Source: Trichinella spiralis
Lineage: Eukaryota
Assembly: GCF_000181795.1 (NCBI RefSeq)
Contig: NW_003526945.1
Span: 6,008,129 to 6,063,891, forward strand
Length of the DNA: 55,763 nt
Direction: 5' to 3'
A program made the translations under genes and the position numbers. Positions 24,001 through 44,635 of this stretch are shown here, in pieces (within the stretch, counting starts at the first letter, position 1; the number at the start of each line of letters is the position of its first letter). The notes under the pieces were generated by a model. The model made no database searches, was not told the DNA's origin, and saw only the letters and a list, made by a program, of their open reading frames with translations.

Positions 24001-26605
24001 TCTGCTTGAATGACGATAGCTTTTATCGATGTGTTGCTTCAAATGAATATGGCACTAACAGTACCAAAGCACAGCTCATTGTTGACGGTATGTACAGCTT
24101 AACTTCAGTGTTTGTTCAGATTAGCAATTGCCAATGTTTTAGCTAATTCAGAAAAGTCAAAGGTAAACCTACTTGAAGAGGAGCCTGAGCCAATTAAAGA
24201 AAGACTTCGTTTCAAGCAAGGTTTGGCAAATTTGACAATTCATACAGGTTCACCTGCTGAATTTGAATGTTTTCCTGTTGGTTCTCCATATCCTACTGTT
24301 CAATGGTGAAGAAATTCTTTGAGTTGAAACGAATGTTTTAATTTAAATAACATTCTTTTAAGGCTGAAAGATGGCGTGCCTTTGGTCCCATCTGATCGAA
24401 TTCTCACTTGGAAAGACAGGTGGGGATTTCAACGCTTAGCAATATTAAATGCCACCATAGATGATGAAGGCGAATACAAATGTACAATAACAAATGATGA
24501 TGGGATGATTTCGACAGAAGGAACATTATCCATACTCAGCGGTATGTTTGTACCTGTTCCACTGTAATGCTGACATGTGCAAAGGCATTTTGATTTTAGA
24601 TAAATATGAACGCCAAATCATGGACAATGCGGATGTAGCAAGTCATGGACGAGAGTTTGCCGATCGACCTGAAATAGCTGCATTTTTGAGACATTTGAAG
24701 AATAAGCATGTTTTTTCTGGTTTTCCGGTGATTTTTGATTGTCTTGTTAAAGGATCTCAACAAATGGAAGCACGATGGTATGTAAGTTTTAGAAATGAAT
24801 TGAGCAAATTTATCTTGATATTAACAGGTATCACAATGGAAAATTAATTGAATGCAACGAAAGAGTACATGCTCATTATGCTGGCGGTGGTTCGTACGTT
24901 TTAATCATCGATTCTTCCGTTTCAAATGATGTGGGCGAGTATGTGGTGGAACTGTCGAACCAATTTGGAATGATCAGCAGCTCAGCTGTGTTGGATGTTA
25001 CAGGTAAGTAGTATGTTGTTTAAAATGGCAACTTAACTGAACTACTGATGCTTCACAGTGCCGAGGTTGGATCACATGTCCATTGATCACCCTATGGAAC
25101 CGTGCTACAAGTATCTTGCGGATGTTCTACCAAGACGATTGCACTATTCCTCAATTCCAACACCACCTGACAGAGGGCCATTCATTGCTGAAGTTTCAGG
25201 ACATTTTCTGACGTTGTCTTGGATACCAACGAAACGTACCCCACCTCGATATTCACAAGTTACTTACATTGTGGAAATGAGAGAATTACCATACAGAGAG
25301 TGGTATGTAGTCGATTATAACATCCCGCAACCCTGTTGCAAAGTTCGCAACATGGAACATGGTAAAAGTTACCAGTTTCGCGTTCGAGCGGAAAATCTGT
25401 ACGGTATAAGTGACCCATCTCCTCCATCGCCTCCATCTCAGTTGATGGCTCCACCAAAGCCTGCTCTAGGTGAAAAATTAAAATTATAATATCGATAAGC
25501 GATCTGAAAAGTACTAACTGACGATAATATGTTTTCAGACAAGTACAACAGGCCCATACCGTTGTTAGACCCTTATGCTCAGGATGCAATGAACAAAACA
25601 TATGGTGAACGATACGGTATAGAGCAATGTGAATATGTGGGTTTGTTAAAATAAAAATGTGTACATATTCAGCATGCGCACCGTGGTTTTCTCCTCAAGA
25701 AACTGATCGCGCTTTTTGTCCTGAACGAGGAAAACTGGTATTGTCAATGTTTGCTCATGGATATCCAGAACCAGAAGTAAAATGGCTTTTCCGTGGATGG
25801 GAAATTCAGCCAGACTCGTTGATTGGGAAATACAAGTCAGTGAACAGTTGATGATTAATTTGATTATTTTATTTTTGATTTCGAGTTGAATTTTATGATA
25901 TTAAATTTTAATTATAAAAACGCTGTTAATTGTTTCAGTATTCGAAGAGAAGGAAATGATGAATATTCCCTGACAATATATGCATTCTCGAAAGAGGATG
26001 TTGGCCAGTATCAGTGTAAGGCAGTGAATGATCATGGTGAAGCTCAGCAAAATGTATTGGTTGATCTGGCTAGTAAGTTTCATCTTTGTGTGACAACTGT
26101 AAAAAGTTATGTTCTTTCTGGATAACGGATTTCAATTCTAGTTCGCCCAACGTTTATTCAGCCACTTAATTCCAAAGTTGTGCAAAGTTGCAAACCTTGT
26201 CGCCTTGATTGTCGCATAGATGGCACACCGATTCCTGAAATCAAATGGTACAAGGTAATTAAAGCATTGACACTAGATAAAACAGAATCTGAATGAAAAA
26301 AGATAATTTAATAATAACTTATATATGACTTGATTGCACGGATAATTTAGGATTGGAAACCTCTTTTTGAAACAAACAGAATAAAATTCGTCCATGAACC
26401 ACCTTGCATGTATTCACTGATAATTGAAACTCCACTACTGCGAGATTCTGGAGTCTATGCATGCATAGCTAGCAACGAAGCTGGTGAAGTATCTTCTACT
26501 GGAACTGTTGCAGTTGAAGGTAATTCAAATTCATTTTTTAATGCTAAAAATTAATTTTAATTGTCATTAAATTAAAATTTTTCAGCTGAACCATTTGATT
26601 ACTGA
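19..26605 (+). CDS. unc-89: Giant muscle M-line Ig/Fn3 protein of the UNC-89/obscurin family; multi-exon, 5' part lies upstream of the window; about 45 Ig I-set domains and one Fn3
   Basis: Dozens of GT-AG-bounded exons encode I-set motifs (APxF...C...G.P.PE..W.KDG...D.G.Y.C.A.N). The first domain reads APKFISKIKDTKV..FECIVPGSKGICVKWLKDG. The C-terminal Fn3 reads PTPPDRGPFIAEVSGHFLTLSWIPTKR..YQFRVRAENLYGISDPSPPSPPS and is followed by PLLDPYA, CAPWFSP and RPTFIQPL. These match C. elegans UNC-89 as I recall it. The last exons are 26351-26519 and 26586-26605 (AEPFDY-TGA). Confidence 0.88.
1319..8090 (+). repeat. Tandem array of 12 homologous single-Ig exons (315 or 318 nt, phase 1-1) within the unc-89-like gene
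   Basis: Exons are 1319-1636, 1825-2142, 2502-2816, 3041-3358, 3604-3921, 4241-4558, 4782-5099, 5363-5680, 5978-6292, 6645-6962, 7254-7571 and 7773-8090. The shared consensus is roughly (E/G)Y.xSE.EEE.vaPEFT..LEYQKV.EGQQAVLTCVAKG.P.PEIHWYKD.EEI...EHFEMKSE.DGTQ.LI......DQA.Y.CEA.N.aG.S.T...L.VE. Confidence 0.92.
8439..8738 (+). CDS. 300-nt non-Ig, Glu/Asp/Ser-rich exon of the unc-89-like gene
   Basis: Bounded by tacag| and |gtattt, phase 1-1, and open throughout (WSSNEAEYEHRESFEHELDSENLEESQQTSVD...ERRTEVS). It is in frame with the flanking Ig exons. Confidence 0.75.
14028..15548 (+). repeat. Tandem duplication of a two-Ig unit within the unc-89-like gene (14028-14682 and 14846-15548)
   Basis: Both units start PLKI.(E/D)GL. 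They share the linker DDKPKDEDAALALVKGL / DDEKPKDEDVALTLVKGL and end V(N/D)SSADV(N/A)VK. Confidence 0.8.
19803..19844 (+). CDS. Candidate alternative first coding exon (MLSEVVDYQIDHLQ) of a short unc-89-like isoform
   Basis: ATG at 19803 has an in-frame TAA upstream (19770-72). The donor is CAG|GTAATG and a 52-bp intron ends at TTTCAG (19896). The frame then stays open (DLNTFALN...KDVNL) into the regular exon DVRASEELDSGMAPQF. Confidence 0.5.
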
Positions 26606-27347
26606 TTTAAAGTGATGAATTATTGCCTTTCATCTGGTCAATCCCCAGGTTTCAAAAATATGAAATCAGATTTTCATTTCCACTGTAAAAATTCCAGCCA
26701 AACAAATGCTGGAAGAAAACAAATTCTTCTTTTAGAAACTAACAATTAGGAAAATAAAACAGTAGTATTAACTGATAGAACAAATATTTCAGCTTTTCTG
26801 ATGATAGATTTCTTTTTTTGTTGTTGATGATCACAGCAAACAAATAGCTTATGTATATTATTATTTAAATGTACTGCTTGATCATTTTTCAGTGCTGTCT
26901 CATTTATTAAAACCACTGTTTGGTGATCGCAGGTCTGCCAAAATTTTATGTAATTGCCATGCACTTCATATATAATTATTGTATAGCATAAATACTTCTT
27001 GAAAACACTGTTTAACGTTTAGCAGTTCAGTAAACGTTGCGCTGAATAAAAATATTCATGCCTTTATCTCTGACGTTATTTGCTAACTTATGTATGAATG
27101 AAATGCACAAAAAATATGACGAGGTAATTGTTATTTTAGGAGTTACTTGTTTTAGATTGTAATACCAACGTAGTACCAACAACCAACGATTGTCAATTTT
27201 AGAGTACATTATTGTATTAGTGTAAAAAAGTAAGTATTATACGTTAGTGTAAATTATGATTTTTTGCGAGCTTTAGATTAACTATGAACAATATAATAAA
27301 ATCTGTAAAAACTTTATTTCAAAATTCTTTAAAATAATAAACATTAA

Positions 27348-30300
27348 TTAAACTTCGCCGAGTACTTCATACTTAGATTCTGGGATATGAAATGGTTCAT
27401 AAAAAGTAAGAAGGTCAGAAGCCAGTTCTTCCAATAAGCACTTAAGCAGATCGAAATTTTTAACACTACTAGATTCAGTATAGATTTTTTCACAAAGAGG
27501 AAGCAGACGACCAACGCAAAATTTCAAATTATCCGCATAAATTTCCTAAAGCAAGCAGTGGTGAATCAAAACGCAAAGCAACTAACTTGTCATCAGTATT
27601 TGTGAAATATAAATCAAGCCTCACTTTCGGTATACAATCAGGTGTGTCTTTCAAATAGTTCAGTTCTATTTCCCAGATATGGAACAACATTTGGTCAATA
27701 GCATTGGATATGAATTCTGCCGACTGTCTTAATTCACAAAGTTCATAAGTAAGCGGCACAACAGCACGAGCAAAACTGCATATCTGAGATGTAAGCGACA
27801 GACGGCAGTCTTCTGAAAGCAAAATTATTAATTAAAGGTATTAATTTCAATTGCCCATTTGCAAGACTAAGAAGCATTCAACTGTTTAATGCTTAATTTA
27901 AATGAAGTAGAAGAAGGTAAAGAAAAATCAAGTCTTCAAGTTGTTTTAAACTGTTTGTCAAATTAGTGAAACAGTTAGCAGAATTTTACAAAAATACATT
28001 TACCTCTACCGAACACAAAATCTGATATGTCCAAATGAAGTTCATTCATTTCAGATATATATTGATTTAATCTTGCCTTGCTTCGTAAATTATAAGGTCT
28101 CCAACGATCCTCCTATGAGAGAACAGTGCAAAAATGAATTAACCAGCAAATTCTGCTTACCGCGATTCTAAGCTTCATGGCATCGATCAATAGCCGTTCA
28201 GTTTCGTCCAACATTTTTTCAATGTGCGGCTCAAAAAGCATCTCAAGTTCAAATTTCAAATCCAAATTCGATTGCATTAGCTAAACCAGAAAATAAGGTG
28301 ACAATAAAAACATATTTACGGATAAAATGCCAACTTCTATTACCACTTCAGCACCTTCGAAAGCTAATTTGATGCAGCGGGCGGTTGCTTTCAGATTAAG
28401 ACCTGATTGAAATATATGTCGAATAAATAATGAAGCATAATTTTTCATTTCACCGCTAGCCCACAGAATCAAAACTTAAAAAGTGATAAATGAAAACCAC
28501 ACAAATAACCAAGCAATTATCTAAGTTTAAATGTACCAGAAAAACATAATGGATAATCAGCAAAAAGTTTTCGAAACTCTTGTACAGTTTCGGCTAATGT
28601 GTTACAGACTAATCTATTCAATTGTTGCACATAACTGAATGGATTGTCAATTAGTTTCAATTCTTTGACCAAATATTTAATGCTTGCCGACTGATTTTTC
28701 AAAAATAAATCGCATGCCTAGAACCAAAACGCGTCAACATTGAAAAATTCAGTTAGGCAAGAAAATAAAAGTTTACCTGCGAAACTTTATCCAATTTGAT
28801 AAGAAGTAGCACAGTTTTTCTAGTTGCCTTCGGTCCACCTTGTAGGTACTTGTCCATAGCAGGCTTCAATTCAATCATCAGCTTCTCTGCCAACTGATTT
28901 TGTTTCTGTTCAAATTTTTCAGTCATCTCCTTGACCAAATCGGTGTTGCAGCATTCCGCCAAAAAGTCCTTAGCTAAACGACATACAAAAGACATTACAA
29001 AAACATCAAACACAAATAATACTCAGTGCCTTCAGTAAGCAATTCAAGTGCAGAATCAAAGTCTCGCTGTGCAATACACACGTCCAATTCATCCGGTAAT
29101 TCTCGTATCCATTCCACATCCAAACCTGAATCATACTTTCCAAAACTGTTTGCTGATTGATCCTTATCCAAACCTACAAAATTGTATACACGTAACTTTT
29201 AAAATAATATGATTAGCAAAATCGGATTCAGTTCTTATTAAATTTTCACAAAAAAAGAATAAAATGATGCACTGATGTGTCACTAATCATTCACCATATA
29301 TCGTTATCAAAATGTCAAAAATAATTTAAACATTAAATTTAAAAGACTGATAAAAATAAATACTTTCATTTCCCAAAACACCATATTAACAAAGAATATT
29401 CTAATACACGGTTTATTCAAACCTGACAACCTACAGTAATACAGTAACCAATAAAAAAGTGATTTGCATATGCCAACAGCAATGAGGAATCAGTTAATAA
29501 GAAATATAGTCGAAAAGTATAAAAACGCTGGAAAAATAAAATTAACGAAATAAATAAGCAACCCTTGACTACTTTTACTTTACAATAAACGCACATTTAA
29601 ACAACCTTTTTTAACTTTTAACATCTGGCTAAGAAATATTGTTTACATACTTTGATTGTTTATAGTAGCCTGATCACACAGTCTTTTCTTTTCAGTCTTT
29701 ATTCGAATCGTCGCTTGACGCATCAAGGAACCTTGACGAATCATAGACTTTTTAGCGCGTTCTAAAGATTCAAACCAACACCTCTAAACATTTGCTTTTA
29801 GATTTGGAATTTATCACATATGCGCAAATGGCCACACTTTAATTAAAGTGCTTTCGCATTTGTAATAGCTCTGTTGTGGAAAAACGAGAAGTTTGAATAC
29901 ATTTCGGCAATTATCGTTGTCTTTCACATTTATGAAAGCAACATTTTCAACCTCATAGAATGCGGTAAACTTGTATCTAGTTTGTCCAAGCTGACTAGAT
30001 ACACCTTTCATGCTTAAAAAAATATTTTAGAAAATAATTTTAGAGAAAAACAAAACGTCAACGCGAAACCTCTTCGGCGAAAAAACGGTCAACATCAAAC
30101 CATCAGTGAAGAGCAAAGCATGAATCTGTTGCATAACGGCCATTGTTTCTGGATGAAGCTGTGTTAGATCGCTCTCGTAAATAAGTTCTCGTTCCACATT
30201 TTCATTAAGATGCTGAAATGTTTCAGTATTTTTTCTTCAAATGAAATGAACCAAATATATCTTACACAACAATCGTCGACCATCTCCAAGAGCTGTTGGG

Positions 30301-30830
30301 TCAAGTTTCGCCTTTCTGGTATCTGTTGAGAGAAACTTCGAAAATCACCTGAACGACATATTTCATGTAATCGCAAACTAAAAATCTTCCAACAGACCTC
30401 GAATTTGACTGAATGAAGTATTCATCATTGACTCAATCACACATTTTTGCTCGCCAATGATCAAACTGAGGTGAACCATATCGTTTTCAAGTCCTAGTTG
30501 AAATCAACGTCATTGACAATCACTACAAGTGTAAGTTGCTTACGTGAAACTTCTTTCGATGTCTCAATGAACTGATTGTAATTATAAAATACATTTTTCT
30601 TTACTGATTCGGAGAAATCCTCTGCTAGAAATTGAACAGATGATCGCAATTCTCTCAGTTTGCGAGTATCATCTGCAGAACCGCTTTTCCAGTTATTTTG
30701 AAGAACTAAATATATTTTATTTATAACTTTTAACTAAAAATCATTGTTTTAGAACTACTCACGTACAGGTATTTGGATCGTAATTTTCTTCACTAAGCTC
30801 TTTTTCCATTTGCGATTTAGATAATTTCAT
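27348..30830 (-). CDS. exoc-8: Exocyst complex component 8 (Exo84), multi-exon
   Basis: The spliced N-terminus reads MKLSKSQMEKELSEENYDPNT/FLQ...SVKKNVFYNYNQFIETSKEVS/RLENDMVHLSLII, a Vps51/Exo84-type N-terminal region. It is followed by a PH-like segment (IHAFALHWWFDV-region exon, YKFTAFYEVENVAFINVKD..FKLLVFPQ..Y.CES) and then LPDELDVCIAQRDFDSALELL. The helical Exo84_C region includes GGPKATRKTVLLLIKL and YVQQLNRLV..TLAETVQEF. The protein ends ..YEVLGEV-TAA. Confidence 0.85.
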
Positions 30831-33183
30831 GGTTAATGTAAGAAATCTTTATAATATGAAATTCTTCATTGTTCCATAACAGTTATATGGTTACTTCTTA
30901 ATTTTGAAAATGCAAAAATACGTCAAAATGCTTGAAAATTCAAAATAAAAAATAATTGTGTTAAATTACAGTAATAATAACAAAAGGTATTGGATTAAAA
31001 AACAATAAAGTAAATTCAGTTTATCTGTTCATAATTTCAGCATTTTAAAATTAATTTTAAAGCATAAAATTTTGTTATTGCTCGAAATGTTCATAACAAT
31101 CGCTTTTTTATGTTTATTATAGTGCTGTACTAGAAATTTGATCGAGCTGCAGTGACAAAAAAATATTTTGTACCTGATAACACTGAAATATGGTGACAGA
31201 TAGGTAAAGCATTATACAAACTGATATTATGTGAAATCATTTATGAATTTGAATTTTATTCGTGTTAACAATTTTGCTTTTACATTTATCAGCTCCACTA
31301 ATTTTAACTAGTTCAACAATTTGACACACTGCAGTACAACAGATTTTATCTTCCCTTGACTATTTAATCAAAAATGATTTTGTCAGCGCAGTGAAATTTG
31401 TCATATAAATGAAGCTTTATAAACACAACTCATTGACATGACAGTTAGAAATCATTTCAACAGTTGGACATTATAGAACAATAATTGGGCTGAACTTTCT
31501 GAAATTGCTGAAATATTTTTCAGCTTTAAAGTATATTTGTTTGTCTGATTAGATAAACAGATGTATAATTTTTTCAGCTGCTGCATATCTGAAAATTTAG
31601 ACATATTAATTATAAAAGTCATTTTAAATCAACGCAACGCCATGTGTTTTTTCAATTTTAATAATTACCATTTTATAATTGCTACAGGTTTATTTGCAAT
31701 AATTTATTTTTTTAAATAATAAAATTTTAGCACTACATTTACCTAAGAAAATGCATCAGTAGCTGTCGCATAGGATGTATTATAATTAATGATAATAAAT
31801 TGGAATTTCATTAAATCAGTACTTTACTGCGTGTATTTCTTTCAAAAAATATTTTATTTTTTTATTGGAAATGTACTATTAATAAACATGCTGATTTAAA
31901 TTTTTTTAGTGATTGTTTTCAAACTTTAAAGTGTGGCAAATTCATATACTGGTGAGGAAATATTTTTCGTTAATTCTGATTAATTTTTAAATATATTGCA
32001 TTAAAATATTTAATAGTTTCACAAAAATGATTTTTTAAATTTTTTTCATAGAATTTAAAAAATTTTTAACTTTATTTTATCTTGAATAATCGGACCTGCA
32101 CATTAGATTACTGTAGAAAAGTAGGTTACGCCACTACATATTTGCTTTTTTTGCCGCCTAACCATCACTTTTTAGTTGGGTGTCGAGCAGAGTGCCGGTT
32201 AAGGCGTTTAGCTCTCTTACGCTTACTGAGGTTCGAAAGACGTTATTGAAGTGTTAGTGAAGCTGCGTCGTCATCTACCTACAGTTTATAATATCCAAGA
32301 AGTGTACGATTTAAAAGAAGGTGATATATTTATATTACCTTGTTAGAAATTTCACTTCAGTTTTTTTACTTTATTGAATTTCCGAGTGAAAGAATTTGAT
32401 GTTTTTGATTTTTCACAATTTAAGTTTTTTTGTTTATTTTTGTCATTCAGCGGTGTTTATTTGTTCACGCTTGTATTTTGCGGTAAATGGTGTGTTAGAA
32501 TGAAAATAATTTTGGGTAAATTCATTGTTGTTAATTTTCTTGCTGTTATTTATTTCTTACTATGACAGTTAAAGGTATTTTCACTTGTAACATTTCGCAC
32601 GTGATCCCAACATGATAACGTATTTGAAAAGGTTGTTCTTGAATATAAATGTTTACTGTAGTTTCTTGCAGTCGCTTGAAAATGAAACTAGTTCTAAGTT
32701 GCAGTTGCGTGCTCTTTTGCTTAACACTGTGATTGATTACTTTTCTTTTTGTCTTGTTCTTAGGCGTTTTCTTTTATTAAAAAAGTTTTTTTTGTTTTTC
32801 ATGCTTCGAAACGATACGTTGAAGTTAGCCCTGTGGTCAGTGTTGTTGGCTTTTCTATAATGTTTGCTTATAATCGCTGTGTAGTATTTCATTTTGCTGT
32901 TTAGCCTTGACAAGTGAATTGCAGGTGAAAAATTATGCATCACCTGTCTTCACAAGGTCGTTCACTTGCACTTTTATAATGATTCGGCGTTTGTCTTGTT
33001 ACAATGCTTGCGCTGTTCTAGTTGTCTTTCGCAATGGTTTGTGTTGCTTATAATTCCGTTTTTTTTCTTTTTCTAGGTGCTTACTACTTTGTTTGAGAGG
33101 AACATATTTCCAGCAGTGCCCAAGTGGGCTGGTGCTTTGATTTTTGCGTTTCAAGAAGTGTTTGCTGTTTCTGAACGAGAGGG
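30831..33183. promoter_or_regulatory. Divergent intergenic region shared by exoc-8 and ROCK, including a strong acceptor site upstream of the ROCK ATG (5'-UTR intron end or trans-splice site)
   Basis: The two genes are head-to-head. A polypyrimidine tract ending TTCTAG at 33076 lies about 107 nt upstream of ATG 33184. A GC-richer patch at about 32140-32320 ends in a possible donor (AAG|GTGATA). Confidence 0.45.
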
Positions 33184-41378
<8,195 letters not shown>

Positions 41379-44300
41379 ACATGGATTCATACTGAAATAA
41401 CACTTATTCTCAGTTTATAAGCTCATTCATTCATTAATCTATGCCTTTAATTTTCTTCTATTTATTGAAACTCTGTTTGTTTGGTGCTTAAGAGATGAAA
41501 CGTTTTTATGTAATTTTGTTGCTGCCCCGGATCACGTTTTTATAGTACTAGCCTTATTCGTTTTATGATGCTCCTTATTCATTTTTCGTGGACCAATTGT
41601 TCTTGTTATTTATTTATTTGCACACTGGCTTGCTCTGCCTATGCTTAACGTCTGTTTTAAAATTTTGAATAATTTGCCTTTACTGCTATCGCGGCAGTGT
41701 TCATCATTCATTTAAATTTGATTTATTTATTCTTGTTCTCATATCTCTCATTTCACCTCATCTCTTTGCACACTGTCGTTGAGCAACTGTATTTATTTTC
41801 TGTTTTTTTTTTTCATTTTCACTTTTTGACCAGCACAGTTTCAGTTTTATATAATAAATTGATTTGTTCATTAAAATTTGTCTTTATTTTTCATACAGAA
41901 TGGAATGATGAACCTGCAGAAAATTGATGTGATCGATCGATTCAGTTTGGCATTCTCTGTGCCTTTCCTATCTTTGCTTCCTCATCATATTATGTCAATC
42001 ATTTCAGCATTTTCACCTGTGTAATGGACAGTGATCGAATGACACGGTACTTTACTGGCAAGTGATTAACGAACGTTGCTCAACTACCCTTGCAGCAATA
42101 ATGAACAGCGCATAATTTATTCATTGCGTACCACGTCTTCAGGGAAAAGTATTGGATGCAAAGATGTGGAAAGAAAATTTACAAATTTTATACTATATTA
42201 GTTGACGGAGACAAGCTGATATGGAGAAAAATATCCATCCGCTGTGGTGAGCGGTGTTGTTGGTGGCAGTCTGTGACGAACGAAAATCATACAAGCTTTT
42301 GCAAATTTTTCTGCTGTTCAAATTTTGCTTCTGCTAGCTTTCAACAAACAAAGCGGTAAGAATATTCTCTTTTTCTTTGTTTCCAGAGGGGCTTATTTTA
42401 ACATTTATTATTTTTGTTTTCTTACTGTTTGTTTTCTTAAATTTCCTTTTTTTCAGTATCATCATCTGGTGAGCTAGTTGAAAACGTAAATGAAATTTCC
42501 ATTTTGCAATAGTTTGCTCTGTATTAATTAGCATTAATTGTAACGGAATCGAGAACTTAGGTAAACGTTAGTGCAGCTTGAAAATAATTGAAACGGTTTC
42601 TGGATTTGCATCGACCATCATGCGTTTGACGTAATTGGCATGTAATTTTCTTTCTTCTACTGCTCATTTCAGCAGCAGTCATGCAGAACATCTTGCTGAT
42701 TGACTAGTGCAATTTGATTCTCTCTTTCTTTCTTTATCAATCCTCTTCCCCCTCCCCCTCCAACTCCTACTTATCCTTCATCGCCTTGGGCTTCATTATC
42801 AGTCCATTGAACTCTTTTAATTGTTTCGCTTTGTTCGGCAAATAGTTTTCAGTGAGAAAAATGGTTGAAGAGGATTTTTTCGTTCGCAGGTAATGCTTTG
42901 CGAGCAGCTGTAAAGCTCTCGACTGCTTGTACACTCTGAGGAAAATATTCACGTTGTCATTAGATTTTTCGTGCTTTTTCAAAAAATCACTGATGGCTAC
43001 AAATATGCAAGACAATAGTAGTAGAAGTGAAAATTAATTTTACTTTTTTTTGAACACGAGATTGTTGCCAATGGAGATATTTGCTTGCATTGTCACTTGA
43101 TATTAGACGCTGAATTATTGATAAATATTTTTTCTGTTGCAATGGATCTCCCATTGCAACAATTTCTATGATTAGTGTTTACATTGCTGGAATTCTTGGT
43201 AGAGCACGGCTTGCTTGTTCATTTCGATATCACTTGCTGTACACTTTTATGATAGCAACTAGGATGTGTATGTGTTAAATAAATACGAGTAAATAGATCA
43301 ATTTGATTAATTAATTTGTTCACTTTTTTCTATGTGAATATGTCTATGTGAGTATGTATTATTGTATTTTACCTCATTACACATTTTCATTTTATTTAAT
43401 AATGATCATCCACTAATAGCTTGTCTAGAACTTCAATTATTTTTGCATAATAATGATAGAAATTTTGCAAAAGTGACTAAATTAACTAACTAGGAGTGAA
43501 AAACACTAGCCATCACAGCAAACTATACTGCCAGATGTATTTATTTTCCAATTTTATACATTTGTATGGATTTATTTAATTATATAATAAGATATAAAAT
43601 TATGACTTATTCTTTCTAATGTATTTATTATAATGTTTCAGTTTTAATACTTCTGTGTAAACAATTTGAGCGCACTTTATTTATTATTTGAATTGAATAA
43701 TGAGACTGTTGGATTTATTTTTCTATTAGATAAACAAAACTTATTTAAATTTGATAATAGCAGAAATAATATTCTCTTCAAGCATTTATACAACAATATA
43801 AAAATTGCAAGTATTAATTTAAAATTATGAATAATACTGATTTGTTTAACTAATTGTAAAATGGAGCTTCAAGATTTTTTGAAAACATTAAAATACATGT
43901 AACATTTTCCCATTTTTGACAAAATACATGTGATGATGGGTTAGTTTTTGTTCTGAGAGTTTTTTAAAATTAAAAAATTGTTAGAATATGTTCAAAATTG
44001 TAAAAGATATGGCTCAATTCGATACAGTTTATTTTATTTTTATTCAATCATGAAAAGCTAACTAATGTTGCAATGAAATTGTATGCGGCGTTATTTCTTT
44101 TAAATATAAGATAGATATTTTGGGCATTATTTTTCCAAATACTGATGGCGGAGAGTGTTTTCGTCTGTACAGTTGCGTCATTGCCTAATAAACGTATGAA
44201 TATTAAATTTCCTATTATCAGAGTCATCTTTGCGCGTCACAATGACAATTATTCAGTCATCTGATTGAATGGAAAATTCATTTCACATCCTGACAACATC

Positions 44301-44520
44301 GATTCTCAGACATCTTTCCAGCAGTGTATTTTCATCTTTGAGAAACGTGATGTTTCTTGTAAATGATCGACCAACCGACATGAAATGTAATCGCTTTTTA
44401 TGATTTCTCATCCGCGAAAATTCGACCCATTTTTGTGATTGGCTGATCGCTGATTGGTTGTAAGGGTATTGTTCGGTAATTGGCTAATGACTTCTGCTAT
44501 TTTATTAGCTAATTATTCTA

Positions 44521-44635
44521 ATAAGTGATTGGATGAATAACTGTGCCATTTGATTAGCTATTCAGCTGTGATCAAGGATTGGGTGATTTTTGTTTATCAA
44601 CTCTTTTCCAAATATGGGTGCTTTCCATTAAATTA
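44521..44635 (+). repeat. ~115-bp dispersed direct repeat, copy 1 (copy 2 at 50159-50275)
   Basis: ATAAGTGATTGGaTGAATAACTgTGCCATTTGATTAGCTATT..GATCAAGGATTGGGT..TGTTTATCAA..CTTTTCCAAATATGGGTGC..CATTAAATTA is present at both sites with scattered substitutions. Confidence 0.9.

Noticed and set aside
1420..26083. Numerous minus-strand and alternate-frame ORFs over the Ig exons
   Set aside because: They are antisense or shifted-frame shadows of the Ig exons with no recognisable protein features.
42718..42770. Pyrimidine tract, G-rich on the minus strand (possible G-quadruplex)
   Set aside because: It has only two long G-runs and does not fit a canonical four-tract G4.
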